Shown here piece by piece: positions 18,912 through 27,693 of a stretch of DNA of 62,948 nt; within the stretch, counting starts at the first letter, position 1, and each line of letters starts with the position of its first letter. The translations under genes were made by a program, and so were the position numbers. The stretch covers positions 13,767 through 76,714 of the forward strand of contig CAZECR010000002.1 of NCBI GenBank assembly GCA_964510495.1, written 5' to 3'. This DNA comes from an uncultured Gammaproteobacteria bacterium (GTDB lineage: Bacteria > Patescibacteriota > Patescibacteriia > Magasanikbacterales > GWA2-37-8). A model generated the notes under the pieces. It saw nothing but the letters and a program-made list of their open reading frames with translations, was not told the origin of the DNA and made no database searches.

Positions 18912-19724
18912 CTATTGAATACTATTTTTTAATTCACTCCACGCTTTACTCCGAATCCCTTGCACCATCGTTGTGTCGATCCATTTTTCATTTATCGCCG
19001 GGAGCTCAGGATGTGTCTGGTACAATTTCAAAATATCCGGCCATGTAAATACCTCACCATCCCGGTGTAAAGCTTCAAAAATCTTAGCCACGAGATCCAA
19101 ATCTTCCTGATAATCTACGGTAAGGCGAAAATCAGATTGATCGTCCTGTTCATTAGCAACATTTACTATAGCAAATTTATCGGGATTCTCCATAATCGTC
19201 GTCGTAATCCACTCACGATACAAGGGATCGGTGACCTCGCGGTTCAATCGTTCAAGTACCGCAAAGGACATAACCTCAACATCAAGGCCATCAGGAAAAG
19301 TTGGCGGCAAGACATTGCAAACATACTCCACCTCTTCTGCCTGACGATATGTCTGTACTAACTTATCAACAATTGCTGGATCAACCAAAGGACAGTCTCC
19401 GGTGATACGCACGATCGCGTCAGCGTTAAATTGCTTGGCTGTTTCGTAGATACGACTAACCAAATCAACTTCGCTCCCCCTAAAAACAGGTAGGCCGATC
19501 TTTTCTGCTAAAGCCGCCAAAGGGTCACAATCAACGCCGGATGAAGTGCTAAAAACGACTTGATCAATTTCTTTGCAAAACGATAGACGGTAGTGTATCC
19601 ACTCGATAAGCGTTCGCCCTGAGACGGTAAGAAGCGCCTTCCCTGGTAAACGAGTTGACCCCATGCGCGCCTGAATAATTGCCACGACTTTTTTTCTAGT
19701 ATTGGGCATATTTTTGCTGAACAT
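18912..19724 (-). CDS. cytidylyltransferase (SpsF/NeuA/PseF-type, CMP-sugar synthetase family)
   Basis: VVAIIQARMGSTRLPGKAL N-terminal signature. An alternative ATG lies at 19709. Overlaps the upstream paralog. Confidence 0.75.
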   Translation of the reverse strand: MFSKNMPNTRKKVVAIIQARMGSTRLPGKALLTVSGRTLIEWIHYRLSFCKEIDQVVFSTSSGVDCDPLAALAEKIGLPVFRGSEVDLVSRIYETAKQFNADAIVRITGDCPLVDPAIVDKLVQTYRQAEEVEYVCNVLPPTFPDGLDVEVMSFAVLERLNREVTDPLYREWITTTIMENPDKFAIVNVANEQDDQSDFRLTVDYQEDLDLVAKIFEALHRDGEVFTWPDILKLYQTHPELPAINEKWIDTTMVQGIRSKAWSELKNSIQ

Positions 19725-20436
19725 GTGAGTTATGTTTGGTAAGTTCTGGATCTTCTTCCAAAATTACTACGATATCCGAGAGCCTAAAGTTTTCTATATC
19801 AGGTAACCGATTGCAGATTTCTGTAAGCAAGACATAATCCGCATCCTCATCTAGGGTTAAACGATACTCCGAATAGTCTACAGAATTTTCAACATTAATT
19901 GCCTTAAATACTTGTGGATTTTTTAACAGGTACTGAGTGACATGCTCGCGATCTTCCGGATCCTGCGTCTCAGTCCACATACGCTTCAGGGCCTCATAGG
20001 TAAAAGCTTCTACATCTAGCCCACGGGGATAGGTTCTCTTTCCAAGGACATTAGCAGCATAATCGGCATCGCTATTTACTAGTGCACCAATAACTGTATC
20101 GACTACATCCGGGTCAATAAACGGGCAATCCGATGTTATCCGCACAACGTAATCGGCACGGTTTGTTGTGGCCGCCTGGTAGTAACGATCGAGAACATCT
20201 TGTTCACTTCCCCGAGATACGTTTACTGCTGGATAATTTTCAGTAACATATTTTTCAATCACGTCATTCTCGGCGCTGGCTGGACTTGCCACCACAATCC
20301 TATTAATACGTTTAGATTGCCCTAGACGCTCAAGCACCATATCAAGCACTGTTTTTGTGCCAAGTTTCAAAAAAATTTTATTGGGCAGACGGGTGGAACC
20401 GGTTCTAGCCTGAACGATGCAAACAACTTTTTTCAT
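19696..20436 (-). CDS. cytidylyltransferase (SpsF/NeuA/PseF-type), second copy
   Basis: VVCIVQARTGSTRLPNKIF signature. 246 aa. Paralogous to the adjacent gene. Confidence 0.75.
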   Translation of the reverse strand: MKKVVCIVQARTGSTRLPNKIFLKLGTKTVLDMVLERLGQSKRINRIVVASPASAENDVIEKYVTENYPAVNVSRGSEQDVLDRYYQAATTNRADYVVRITSDCPFIDPDVVDTVIGALVNSDADYAANVLGKRTYPRGLDVEAFTYEALKRMWTETQDPEDREHVTQYLLKNPQVFKAINVENSVDYSEYRLTLDEDADYVLLTEICNRLPDIENFRLSDIVVILEEDPELTKHNSHVQQKYAQY

Positions 20437-21503
20437 ACAATAGAATCATTAACTACACGAATAACGCGATCAATAGCTTTTGAATCTACGTATTGATCTC
20501 GAATTTTTTGTATTCGATCTGCGCTTTGTTTATTTTTAAATACATTCAAAAATATTTTTTCCAGCTGAGTAATCGTATATGCAGCACGCGAAAGCCCCAG
20601 ATGGTTGCTGATAAGGGAATCCTCTTTCTGCTGAATTCCCGGCTGATACGAAATCGTGGGAATACCAAGGAGTGCCGCACGGAACAAGACGGCGGAGTTA
20701 ATACCGAGCACCAAACGAGCCTTTGGCATTAGGAGATCAGTTGCCTGTGAAGCAATAGTAATTTTTAGTTTAGATCGCTTGATAATTGTATCGAATTTTT
20801 TTCTCTTGAGCGCGCGTGGATGAAAGGCAATAGAAACCTTTTCCTCTGGATAGTACCTTTCAAGCAAACGCACATAGGTCGCAAAAATCTCAATCTCATT
20901 ATACCGCGGCATACGGGCTACTCGGCCAAATTCTTTAAGCATTTCCGTAAATGGCTGACACACGAATAGCACTCCTCTTTTTTTAACAGTATTATTTTGC
21001 TTGCACTTAGCAAAACTTGGATTACCCGTAACAACTATACGCTTTGAAGGGAGTCCTTCCTCGATCATCTGGCGTTTCATGAGATTGTCTATTGCACAGA
21101 TTGTTGTTGGCAAAAAAACTCTATCATCAGTCGTAGGAGTAGAAAAATTTATAGCATAGTTAGTTGACCAAAAATCAAGCAATGTTATAACGGGTATGCT
21201 GTTTTTCCTTGCTAATGCAATAACTCTTTTATCAGGGCTCATTCCATCACTAACTCCGGTTACGATTACTGACGGAAGAACAAGCGCTAATTTTTTTTTA
21301 AACGCTGCAGCTGACCAGCCTGTACAATCAACATGTTTTTCTCGCAACCGAGAAGCTATCACAACCGACGACTTAGAAACCCAAAGTACCGGGGCAAATC
21401 CCTTACGGCGAAGCCTCTGAACCACGGGCACGAGCGCCATAAGCCCACCCGGATCCTGAGCAACAAAAAGATATTTATTTTTTTGCTTTCTTTTTAAGCT
21501 CAT
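20433..21503 (-). CDS. GT-B-fold-like protein (PseG/SpsG- or 2-epimerase-like), function uncertain
   Basis: 356 aa. It has a two-Rossmann-like layout and sits between an aminotransferase and the cytidylyltransferases, as in sps/pse loci. No sharp motif recognised. Confidence 0.35.
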   Translation of the reverse strand: MSLKRKQKNKYLFVAQDPGGLMALVPVVQRLRRKGFAPVLWVSKSSVVIASRLREKHVDCTGWSAAAFKKKLALVLPSVIVTGVSDGMSPDKRVIALARKNSIPVITLLDFWSTNYAINFSTPTTDDRVFLPTTICAIDNLMKRQMIEEGLPSKRIVVTGNPSFAKCKQNNTVKKRGVLFVCQPFTEMLKEFGRVARMPRYNEIEIFATYVRLLERYYPEEKVSIAFHPRALKRKKFDTIIKRSKLKITIASQATDLLMPKARLVLGINSAVLFRAALLGIPTISYQPGIQQKEDSLISNHLGLSRAAYTITQLEKIFLNVFKNKQSADRIQKIRDQYVDSKAIDRVIRVVNDSIV

Positions 21504-22794
21504 ATTTTTTTAAGTCTTCGACCTGGCTTTCAATTCGAGCGAATACATCCACCAACACATCGATGTCTTTGCGTGTTTGTGGAGGGTGACAAATAGTCGT
21601 AAACATCATTTCCTCTTTTTCCAGGTACTCAACCTGGGGGCAAATCCCCTCTTCATAACTTACCGAAGTCGGAAATTCTTTGGATTCAAAAGGAAATTTA
21701 GTATTAGGAAATATTTCGCGGCGTTGAAAAATCTGCATCAGGTAGATGGGCTTTACATAGCCAGCGTGGATGGGAAGATTTTCAGCCAAGACCGCTCGCT
21801 CAAAAGTTGCGCGGCTAATACCAATTGCATCTTTATGAAATTTAAACGGAAAAACATAATAGGCGTGCGTCGTATTTTTTAAGAGCTTTGGCGGCTCTAA
21901 CCAACTGAATTGCTTCATTTTACTACTCAGATACTCAGCCAGTTCAACACATGGTTTCATGAGCTTATCCATCTTTTTAAGCTGTTCAACAGCGACTGCT
22001 GCATGCAGCTCACTGAGACGTAGATTATTACCAGCAATAGCTTCATAGGTTTTACCATCCTCATCATAGAGCGCGTCAACCACGGCTTCACCGTGATTAC
22101 GGACCAACTGAGCGCGGAAAGCCAATTTTTTATCATTCGTTACCAAGACACCACCTTCGCCACACTGTAAATTTTTGTGGACATTAAAACTGAAGACACC
22201 AATGTCACCCACAGTTCCTAAAAATTTTCCACGGTATTTTGCCCCGATCGATTGAGCATTATCTTCAATAATTTTTAAGTTATGTTTTTTAGCGACCGGC
22301 AAGAGTTTATCAAAATCAGTTGGACCACCGTACAAATTCACCGTTAGAATCGCTTTGGTACGCGGTGTAATATTTTTTTCTACCGAAGCAGCGTCCAAAC
22401 AAAAAGTATTCATGTCAACATCGGCAAAAACCGGAATAGCATTATTCAAAAGGATTGCTGTTGCTGTTGCCGCCATAGTGTAAGGCGACGTGATCACTTC
22501 GTCCCCAGGCCCGATGCCGAGTGCTGCGACGGCTGCCTGGAGCGCAGTTGATGCAGAATTAAAGCTAACCGCATACTTGACCTTAAACATTTTACACATC
22601 ATTGCCTCAAATTCTTGCACGTGTTTACCACCTAAAAATTTTTTTCCTGGACGACCTAAAAAATCAGAGATGACTCTTTCATCCATCACTTTAAGTGCCG
22701 CTTTTTTTTCTTCTTTTCCCAGAGAGTTAGTTGGCGGATACGGCTTTGATCGAACGGGTGTACCACCAAGGATCGCTAATTTTTTTTGTGGCAT
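21475..22794 (-). CDS. DegT/DnrJ/EryC1/StrS-family PLP aminotransferase, long form
   Basis: 439 aa. N-terminus LAILGGTPVR. FSFNVHKNL carries the Schiff-base lysine. Confidence 0.85.
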   Translation of the reverse strand: MPQKKLAILGGTPVRSKPYPPTNSLGKEEKKAALKVMDERVISDFLGRPGKKFLGGKHVQEFEAMMCKMFKVKYAVSFNSASTALQAAVAALGIGPGDEVITSPYTMAATATAILLNNAIPVFADVDMNTFCLDAASVEKNITPRTKAILTVNLYGGPTDFDKLLPVAKKHNLKIIEDNAQSIGAKYRGKFLGTVGDIGVFSFNVHKNLQCGEGGVLVTNDKKLAFRAQLVRNHGEAVVDALYDEDGKTYEAIAGNNLRLSELHAAVAVEQLKKMDKLMKPCVELAEYLSSKMKQFSWLEPPKLLKNTTHAYYVFPFKFHKDAIGISRATFERAVLAENLPIHAGYVKPIYLMQIFQRREIFPNTKFPFESKEFPTSVSYEEGICPQVEYLEKEEMMFTTICHPPQTRKDIDVLVDVFARIESQVEDLKKYELKKKAKK

Positions 22795-22795
22795 A

Positions 22796-23554
22796 TTAGA
22801 GATTTTTAAAATACTGAATATTTTTTAGATCGTTTTCAAGTCCAGCCCCTTCCTTGGGTGTTTCAAATACAACACGAACCTCTTGCTCTACAGCAGCGCT
22901 CTCAATCAATTTTTTGATATAACCGAAATCATAGTCTCCATCACCAAGACTCAAATGCTCGTCATCTCCGCTCTTCTGGTGCGCATCACTAATGTGGAAA
23001 TAACTCGGCTTAAGTATGCTCACCGCGTCGCGGATAAATTCCTTATAGGCAACACCTTGTTGTACAGCACTGATAATCGCATGGCTGAAATCAAAACAAA
23101 TCTGATAGCCACATTCAGCATGTATAAACCGGAGTTGTTCCAGAGAATACCCGTAGCAGAGCACTTCGTGCATACCTATTTTTGGCTTGTTTTCTATAAT
23201 AATCCGATTATCATGAATTTTTTTAACATTCTCCGCAAAAATCTGATTCTCCGATCCAACTCCGGCATGCACAACAATCTGATGACTACTTAGGAGATCT
23301 GCGGCGGGTATCACTTCGCTTTTAAAAAGCGAAATCATCTCATTATTCAATTGGTGAATATTGAATCCATGCTCAAAATAAGGAGCGTGGATGGTGACCT
23401 CAACCTCTTTTAGAACTTCAAGCGCTTTAAAATCAACTTTGGCAGGAACCAAATAGACTTCAACAAAATCTGCCTGACCGTTTTTAACGGCAGCCACTGC
23501 TTCAGGGAACAGAGCATGGTTGATTGACCAAAGTTTTATTCCGTACTTAATCAT
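22796..23554 (-). CDS. sugar phosphate isomerase/epimerase (xylose-isomerase-like TIM barrel)
   Basis: 252 aa. Spaced blocks FVEVY, IHAP, VHAGV, IENKP and CFDFSHA fit the AP-endonuclease-2/xylose-isomerase-like barrel. Confidence 0.6.
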   Translation of the reverse strand: MIKYGIKLWSINHALFPEAVAAVKNGQADFVEVYLVPAKVDFKALEVLKEVEVTIHAPYFEHGFNIHQLNNEMISLFKSEVIPAADLLSSHQIVVHAGVGSENQIFAENVKKIHDNRIIIENKPKIGMHEVLCYGYSLEQLRFIHAECGYQICFDFSHAIISAVQQGVAYKEFIRDAVSILKPSYFHISDAHQKSGDDEHLSLGDGDYDFGYIKKLIESAAVEQEVRVVFETPKEGAGLENDLKNIQYFKNL

Positions 23555-24218
23555 GTAATTCTCTTAATACCTGAAAGGCCTCCGCATGAGCAAAACCTAC
23601 TTCAAGTCCACGAAACTGTGAAAGTATTTTTACTCCTTCCAATGAACGAGGGTGCGGATAGTCTCGCAATTCCTGACTGTATGATTCTAAACCATGCAAT
23701 TTTTTCTCAATAACAGATGAAATATCAACATATACCATAGGCGCGAAAACTGTTCCTCCAGCACGATGCTGCCATTCAGTCGAAGAAAGTGTTTCAAAAG
23801 CCCATATTTTCTTAACACAAAAACCTGGTTGTGGCCGACACGCAGTCATAACCGCTTCAGCTGTAAGGCGATGATCAACATTTAAATCAAAAGGGTAATG
23901 AGTATAGACTATTTCCGGTTTTATTTCTTCAAGAATCTTACTTATTTCTTTTATAATCGTTAAGAGTGGAATCGAGTCAAATTGATTGTCGGGCAATCGC
24001 TTAAAAATCGTCTGAAAGGTGCCAAGACGTCGTCCAGCTTCCAAAGCTGCTTGCTCTCTCTGCGCGACATCCGCAGTAACATCTCGTGAAGTCTCACCGT
24101 CTCCGAGGAGGAGCACGTGCACAGCATCACCCTTTTCAACATGTTTTAAAATCGTTCCCCCGACGCCCAGAATTTCATCATCAGGATGGGCCGCTACTAC
24201 TAAGACAGTTTTTTTCAT
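23547..24218 (-). CDS. PIG-L/LmbE-family N-acetylsugar deacetylase
   Basis: VLVVAAHPDDEILGVGGT signature. The ATG at 24218 avoids the overlap produced by the ORF-track start at 24254. Confidence 0.8.
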   Translation of the reverse strand: MKKTVLVVAAHPDDEILGVGGTILKHVEKGDAVHVLLLGDGETSRDVTADVAQREQAALEAGRRLGTFQTIFKRLPDNQFDSIPLLTIIKEISKILEEIKPEIVYTHYPFDLNVDHRLTAEAVMTACRPQPGFCVKKIWAFETLSSTEWQHRAGGTVFAPMVYVDISSVIEKKLHGLESYSQELRDYPHPRSLEGVKILSQFRGLEVGFAHAEAFQVLRELHD

Positions 24219-24222
24219 AGTA

Positions 24223-24900
24223 TTAAATAAAGCTGATTGATTTTGGCCCTTCATTAAACAACAGGTCTATAGCCGCGAGACATGGAATAAATTCACCAAA
24301 TAATTGCTGATATTTTTGTGGCGCATACTCCTGATAGCTGAGACTAATACCAGCCTCCCGAAAGGCTTCCTCATGTATGTAGTCTTTGCCCATGGCCCCT
24401 GAGATATAATGATCTGCTCCCACATGCTTCAGTATGTCCAAAAGTAGATAGTCTTTTTGAGAGCTGAAAACCGGGAGATCGGATGACCGAACAAGCCTGG
24501 TTTTGAGATCAAAAGCTTTAACCAGAATTTGGAGCATATCCCAGCAAACATCGGATAATTTAGTATACGGCTTTTGATAAAAAAGCTCAAGTTCAGGGCT
24601 ATATTCGTTCCAAAAAGGAGCTTTTTTATAATTATCCATAATTTGAAACCAATGCGACTTTTGCCAAGTATCAGAAGCAGTCTCAACGTCCTTAATAAGA
24701 CTTTTTCGCAGGTCACCACCGGTTTTGACTGGAATAGTCAGCCATTTTGGTCCCTGCGGTGTTTTTATCTTATTCCGATTCGAAAAACTCCTATCCCCCA
24801 TAGGGACAGTGTCAAAAAAAACATATACATCAGAATTTTTGATCTTATCAAAATAGCCGAGCCATGGTAGGTACGCGGGTTGACTGATGGTAACAATCAT
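24223..24900 (-). CDS. WbqC-family protein
   Basis: The N-terminus IVTISQPAYLPWLGYFDKI matches the WbqC-like family signature. 225 aa. Confidence 0.7.
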   Translation of the reverse strand: MIVTISQPAYLPWLGYFDKIKNSDVYVFFDTVPMGDRSFSNRNKIKTPQGPKWLTIPVKTGGDLRKSLIKDVETASDTWQKSHWFQIMDNYKKAPFWNEYSPELELFYQKPYTKLSDVCWDMLQILVKAFDLKTRLVRSSDLPVFSSQKDYLLLDILKHVGADHYISGAMGKDYIHEEAFREAGISLSYQEYAPQKYQQLFGEFIPCLAAIDLLFNEGPKSISFI

Positions 24901-24917
24901 ATCAGACGTCTAACGCA

Positions 24918-25523
24918 TTAAATCTTTTGAGCAACAACAACATACGAAGCATACCGATAGTGCTTTGGTACACTGCTGTCGCGGATAACATGCTCCAGAT
25001 GAATAATTTTAAATTGATTTTTAAGCAACTGCTGTAATTCTTTTTTTGCCGTAAAGTGCACGTAATCGTAATGTTTAAACGTAGGTGCCTTCAAAAAATT
25101 TTTTGCCGCGGAATCTTCTTGTGATCGCATATTGACAATCATAAAAAGCCCTCCTTTTTTAAGTACACGCGCTGCTTCAGCAATTATTTTTTTAATCTTG
25201 GGAAGCTGATTATGTTGAATCGAACCACGATCAAGTACGATATCAAAAAAATTGCTTTTGTAAGGAAGCTCCGCCATATCCGCAACAGCCACAGTTGCTT
25301 TTACTTTTTTCTCACGTAAGAAAATTTTTGAATAACTAAGTGCTTCAATGTCAATATCTATACCGTGTGTTTCATAGCCATTTTCAGCAAAAAAGACGAG
25401 GTTATTCCCGGTTCCCGAGCCGATCTCGAGGACTCTCCCTTTCTTTTTAGCGAGATTCTTAACCAATGAGACAACATCAGAATAAGGGTAGCGCGCGGCT
25501 TGAAACTGTTTGGGAGCACTCAT
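24918..25523 (-). CDS. class I SAM-dependent methyltransferase (tandem paralog A)
   Basis: VLEIGSGTGNNLVFFA motif I. 201 aa. Colinear with the next gene. Confidence 0.8.
   Translation of the reverse strand: MSAPKQFQAARYPYSDVVSLVKNLAKKKGRVLEIGSGTGNNLVFFAENGYETHGIDIDIEALSYSKIFLREKKVKATVAVADMAELPYKSNFFDIVLDRGSIQHNQLPKIKKIIAEAARVLKKGGLFMIVNMRSQEDSAAKNFLKAPTFKHYDYVHFTAKKELQQLLKNQFKIIHLEHVIRDSSVPKHYRYASYVVVAQKI
25219..25280. repeat. 62-nt exact repeat, copy 1 (inside methyltransferase paralog A)
   Basis: atcgaaccacgatcaagtacgatatcaaaaaaattgcttttgtaaggaagctccgccatatc is identical to 25853-25914. It encodes DMAELPYKSNFFDIVLDRGSI. Confidence 0.9.
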
Positions 25524-25551
25524 AGAAAATAACTAGGCAATAATCTAATCT

Positions 25552-26157
25552 TTAGATCTTTTTAGCAACCACGATATACGAAGAATACGTCGATTTTTTT
25601 GGCGCACTAACATCTCGAGTCACTAATTCCAAATACTCAATTTTAAACTTATTTTTTAGGAGGCCGCGTAATTCCTTTTCTGTCGTAAAATGAATATAGT
25701 CGTAGTACCTAAAGCTTTTTTCCTTAAGATAATTTTTAGCCACCGAATCCTTTTGCGTACGCATGTTAACAATAACAAACATACCGCCTTTTTTGAGAAC
25801 CCGAGCAGCCTCGGCTACTATTTTTTTAATAACATCAATTCTATTAGCTTGTATCGAACCACGATCAAGTACGATATCAAAAAAATTGCTTTTGTAAGGA
25901 AGCTCCGCCATATCAGCAACATCAAGCGTGGCTTTCAATTTTTTCTCACGTAAAAAATTCTTAGCATATTCTATGGCGTCCGTATCCAGATCCATACCAT
26001 AGGTGTCATAACCATTTTCCGCAAAAAAGACCAGGTTATTACCTGTTCCACAAGCAACTTCTAGAGCTTTACCTTTTTTAGGACAAAGATTCTTAACGAG
26101 CGATACTACGTCAGAATAAGGATACCGTGCAATTTGAAAATGTTTAGGAGCGCCCAT
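25552..26157 (-). CDS. class I SAM-dependent methyltransferase (tandem paralog B)
   Basis: ALEVACGTGNNLVFFA motif I. 201 aa. Same length as paralog A and alignable with it end to end. Confidence 0.8.
   Translation of the reverse strand: MGAPKHFQIARYPYSDVVSLVKNLCPKKGKALEVACGTGNNLVFFAENGYDTYGMDLDTDAIEYAKNFLREKKLKATLDVADMAELPYKSNFFDIVLDRGSIQANRIDVIKKIVAEAARVLKKGGMFVIVNMRTQKDSVAKNYLKEKSFRYYDYIHFTTEKELRGLLKNKFKIEYLELVTRDVSAPKKSTYSSYIVVAKKI
25853..25914. repeat. 62-nt exact repeat, copy 2 (inside methyltransferase paralog B)
   Basis: Identical to 25219-25280, offset by 634 nt. The flanking codons of the two paralogs differ frequently. Confidence 0.9.
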
Positions 26158-26181
26158 AACGATGAAATTTAAAGATAAATT

Positions 26182-26613
26182 CTAAACTTTTAAATAATAC
26201 CCCTCTTTAATAATCGGGGGATTCCCTATAACGAGAGAGTACGGAGGAATGCTGCACGGTTTACTAATAATTGTGCCAGCTGCGACAACACTGTGATGCC
26301 CAATAGTAACCCCACCACCAACAAAGCAATGTGAACCGATAAAGACATTATTTTCAATAGTGATAGGCTGACGAGCAATTTCCGTGGAAAGTTCCAAGGC
26401 TTTTCGATGAGAGTCTGCAACATTTACCGAAACAAAAGAAGCTATATCACAATGGTCTCCAATCGTAACCTGCGAACCCTTTGCGTTAACTTCAGAAAAA
26501 AATCCAATGTAGACATTTTTACCAATTTTTGGAGCACCGCTAACATACACCAGGGGATGAAACTGATTTTCTGGCACTTGCAGCAATTCGGAAATATTTA
26601 ATGGATCAGACAT
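26182..26613 (-). CDS. hexapeptide-repeat (left-handed beta-helix) acyltransferase
   Basis: 143 aa. Repeated [LIV]-G-x4 turns (IGKNVYIGFFSEV, IGDHCDIASFVSV, IGSHCFVGGGVTIGHHSVVAAGT). Confidence 0.7.
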   Translation of the reverse strand: MSDPLNISELLQVPENQFHPLVYVSGAPKIGKNVYIGFFSEVNAKGSQVTIGDHCDIASFVSVNVADSHRKALELSTEIARQPITIENNVFIGSHCFVGGGVTIGHHSVVAAGTIISKPCSIPPYSLVIGNPPIIKEGYYLKV

Positions 26614-26617
26614 AGCC

Positions 26618-27682
26618 CTATTTCAAATCACTAAGACTCAGAACCTGATCTTTCTTAATATCCTTTTTAGCAGTACGACCAACAATAAACGGCAGATATT
26701 TTGGCGGCAAACCAAAGCCCGGTCTTTTGACATCCACCATCTCTTTGGTAATCACTGTGCCTTTAGAAATCTCCTGCATTGCCATGACGCTGCGGCGACA
26801 GTCTCGTTTCATAACCGCTTCCTCTTTTGATAAAATCAGCTGAGGAATACCCAAGATTTTTTCTGCCTCACGAACCTGATCAACCAACTGTTTCATTTCT
26901 ACCGGGTCGGCTGAAAACCAATGATCCGGACCAGCCATTTCTTTACTAAGAGTAAAATGCTTCTCGATCACCACCGCGCCGAGAATCGTTGCGACTACCG
27001 CGGCTGTGGCTCCAACAGTGTGATCAGAATATCCCACCATAACATCAAAGGCAGATTGCAAAGTTTTAATTTGGAGCAAGTTAGCTTTTTCAGGTGGGGT
27101 CGGGTAGAGCGAGGTGCATTTTAAAACAATTAATTTTTCATTACCCGCCTTCTTAACCGTCTCGACTGCGTCATGGACTTCATCAATAGTCGCCATGCCA
27201 GTAGAAATAATCATGGGCTTCTTCTTTTTTGCATAATGCTCCATGAGCGCCAAATTAGACAAATCGTCTGAGCCAACCTTAATGGCAGGCATATTTATTT
27301 CACTGCTACAGAGAAAATCTACCGTTTTGAAACTATTATCCTGAGGTGTTGAAAAAAGAATAATACCGATTTTTTTAGCGTACGCAAATAGCTCTTTTTG
27401 CATACTTCTCGTCAGTTCGTAGCGTTTAAACATACTAAACTGACTTTCAGTGACTTCTTTACCCTGACTCTTGTACGTATACATGAGTTCTTTGTCACCA
27501 ACAAAATCCTCGGTAATAAAAGACTGCAGTTTGACCGCATCGGCGCCAACGCGTTTCGCTTCGCGCATCATTTCCTTGGCTACCGACATGTCGCCTTTGT
27601 GATTAATACCAAGCTCGGCGATAATAAACACCGGGTGCCCTGGTCCAACTTTTTTGTTGCCAATGGTAATAACTTGCTGCAT
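26618..27682 (-). CDS. nonulosonic acid synthase (NeuB/PseI/LegI family) with C-terminal SAF domain
   Basis: FIIAELGINHKGD, VGYSDHTVG, and C-terminal ISKGTVITKEMVDVKRPGFGLPP. 354 aa. Confidence 0.9.
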   Translation of the reverse strand: MQQVITIGNKKVGPGHPVFIIAELGINHKGDMSVAKEMMREAKRVGADAVKLQSFITEDFVGDKELMYTYKSQGKEVTESQFSMFKRYELTRSMQKELFAYAKKIGIILFSTPQDNSFKTVDFLCSSEINMPAIKVGSDDLSNLALMEHYAKKKKPMIISTGMATIDEVHDAVETVKKAGNEKLIVLKCTSLYPTPPEKANLLQIKTLQSAFDVMVGYSDHTVGATAAVVATILGAVVIEKHFTLSKEMAGPDHWFSADPVEMKQLVDQVREAEKILGIPQLILSKEEAVMKRDCRRSVMAMQEISKGTVITKEMVDVKRPGFGLPPKYLPFIVGRTAKKDIKKDQVLSLSDLK

Positions 27683-27693
27683 AAGGTTATATG

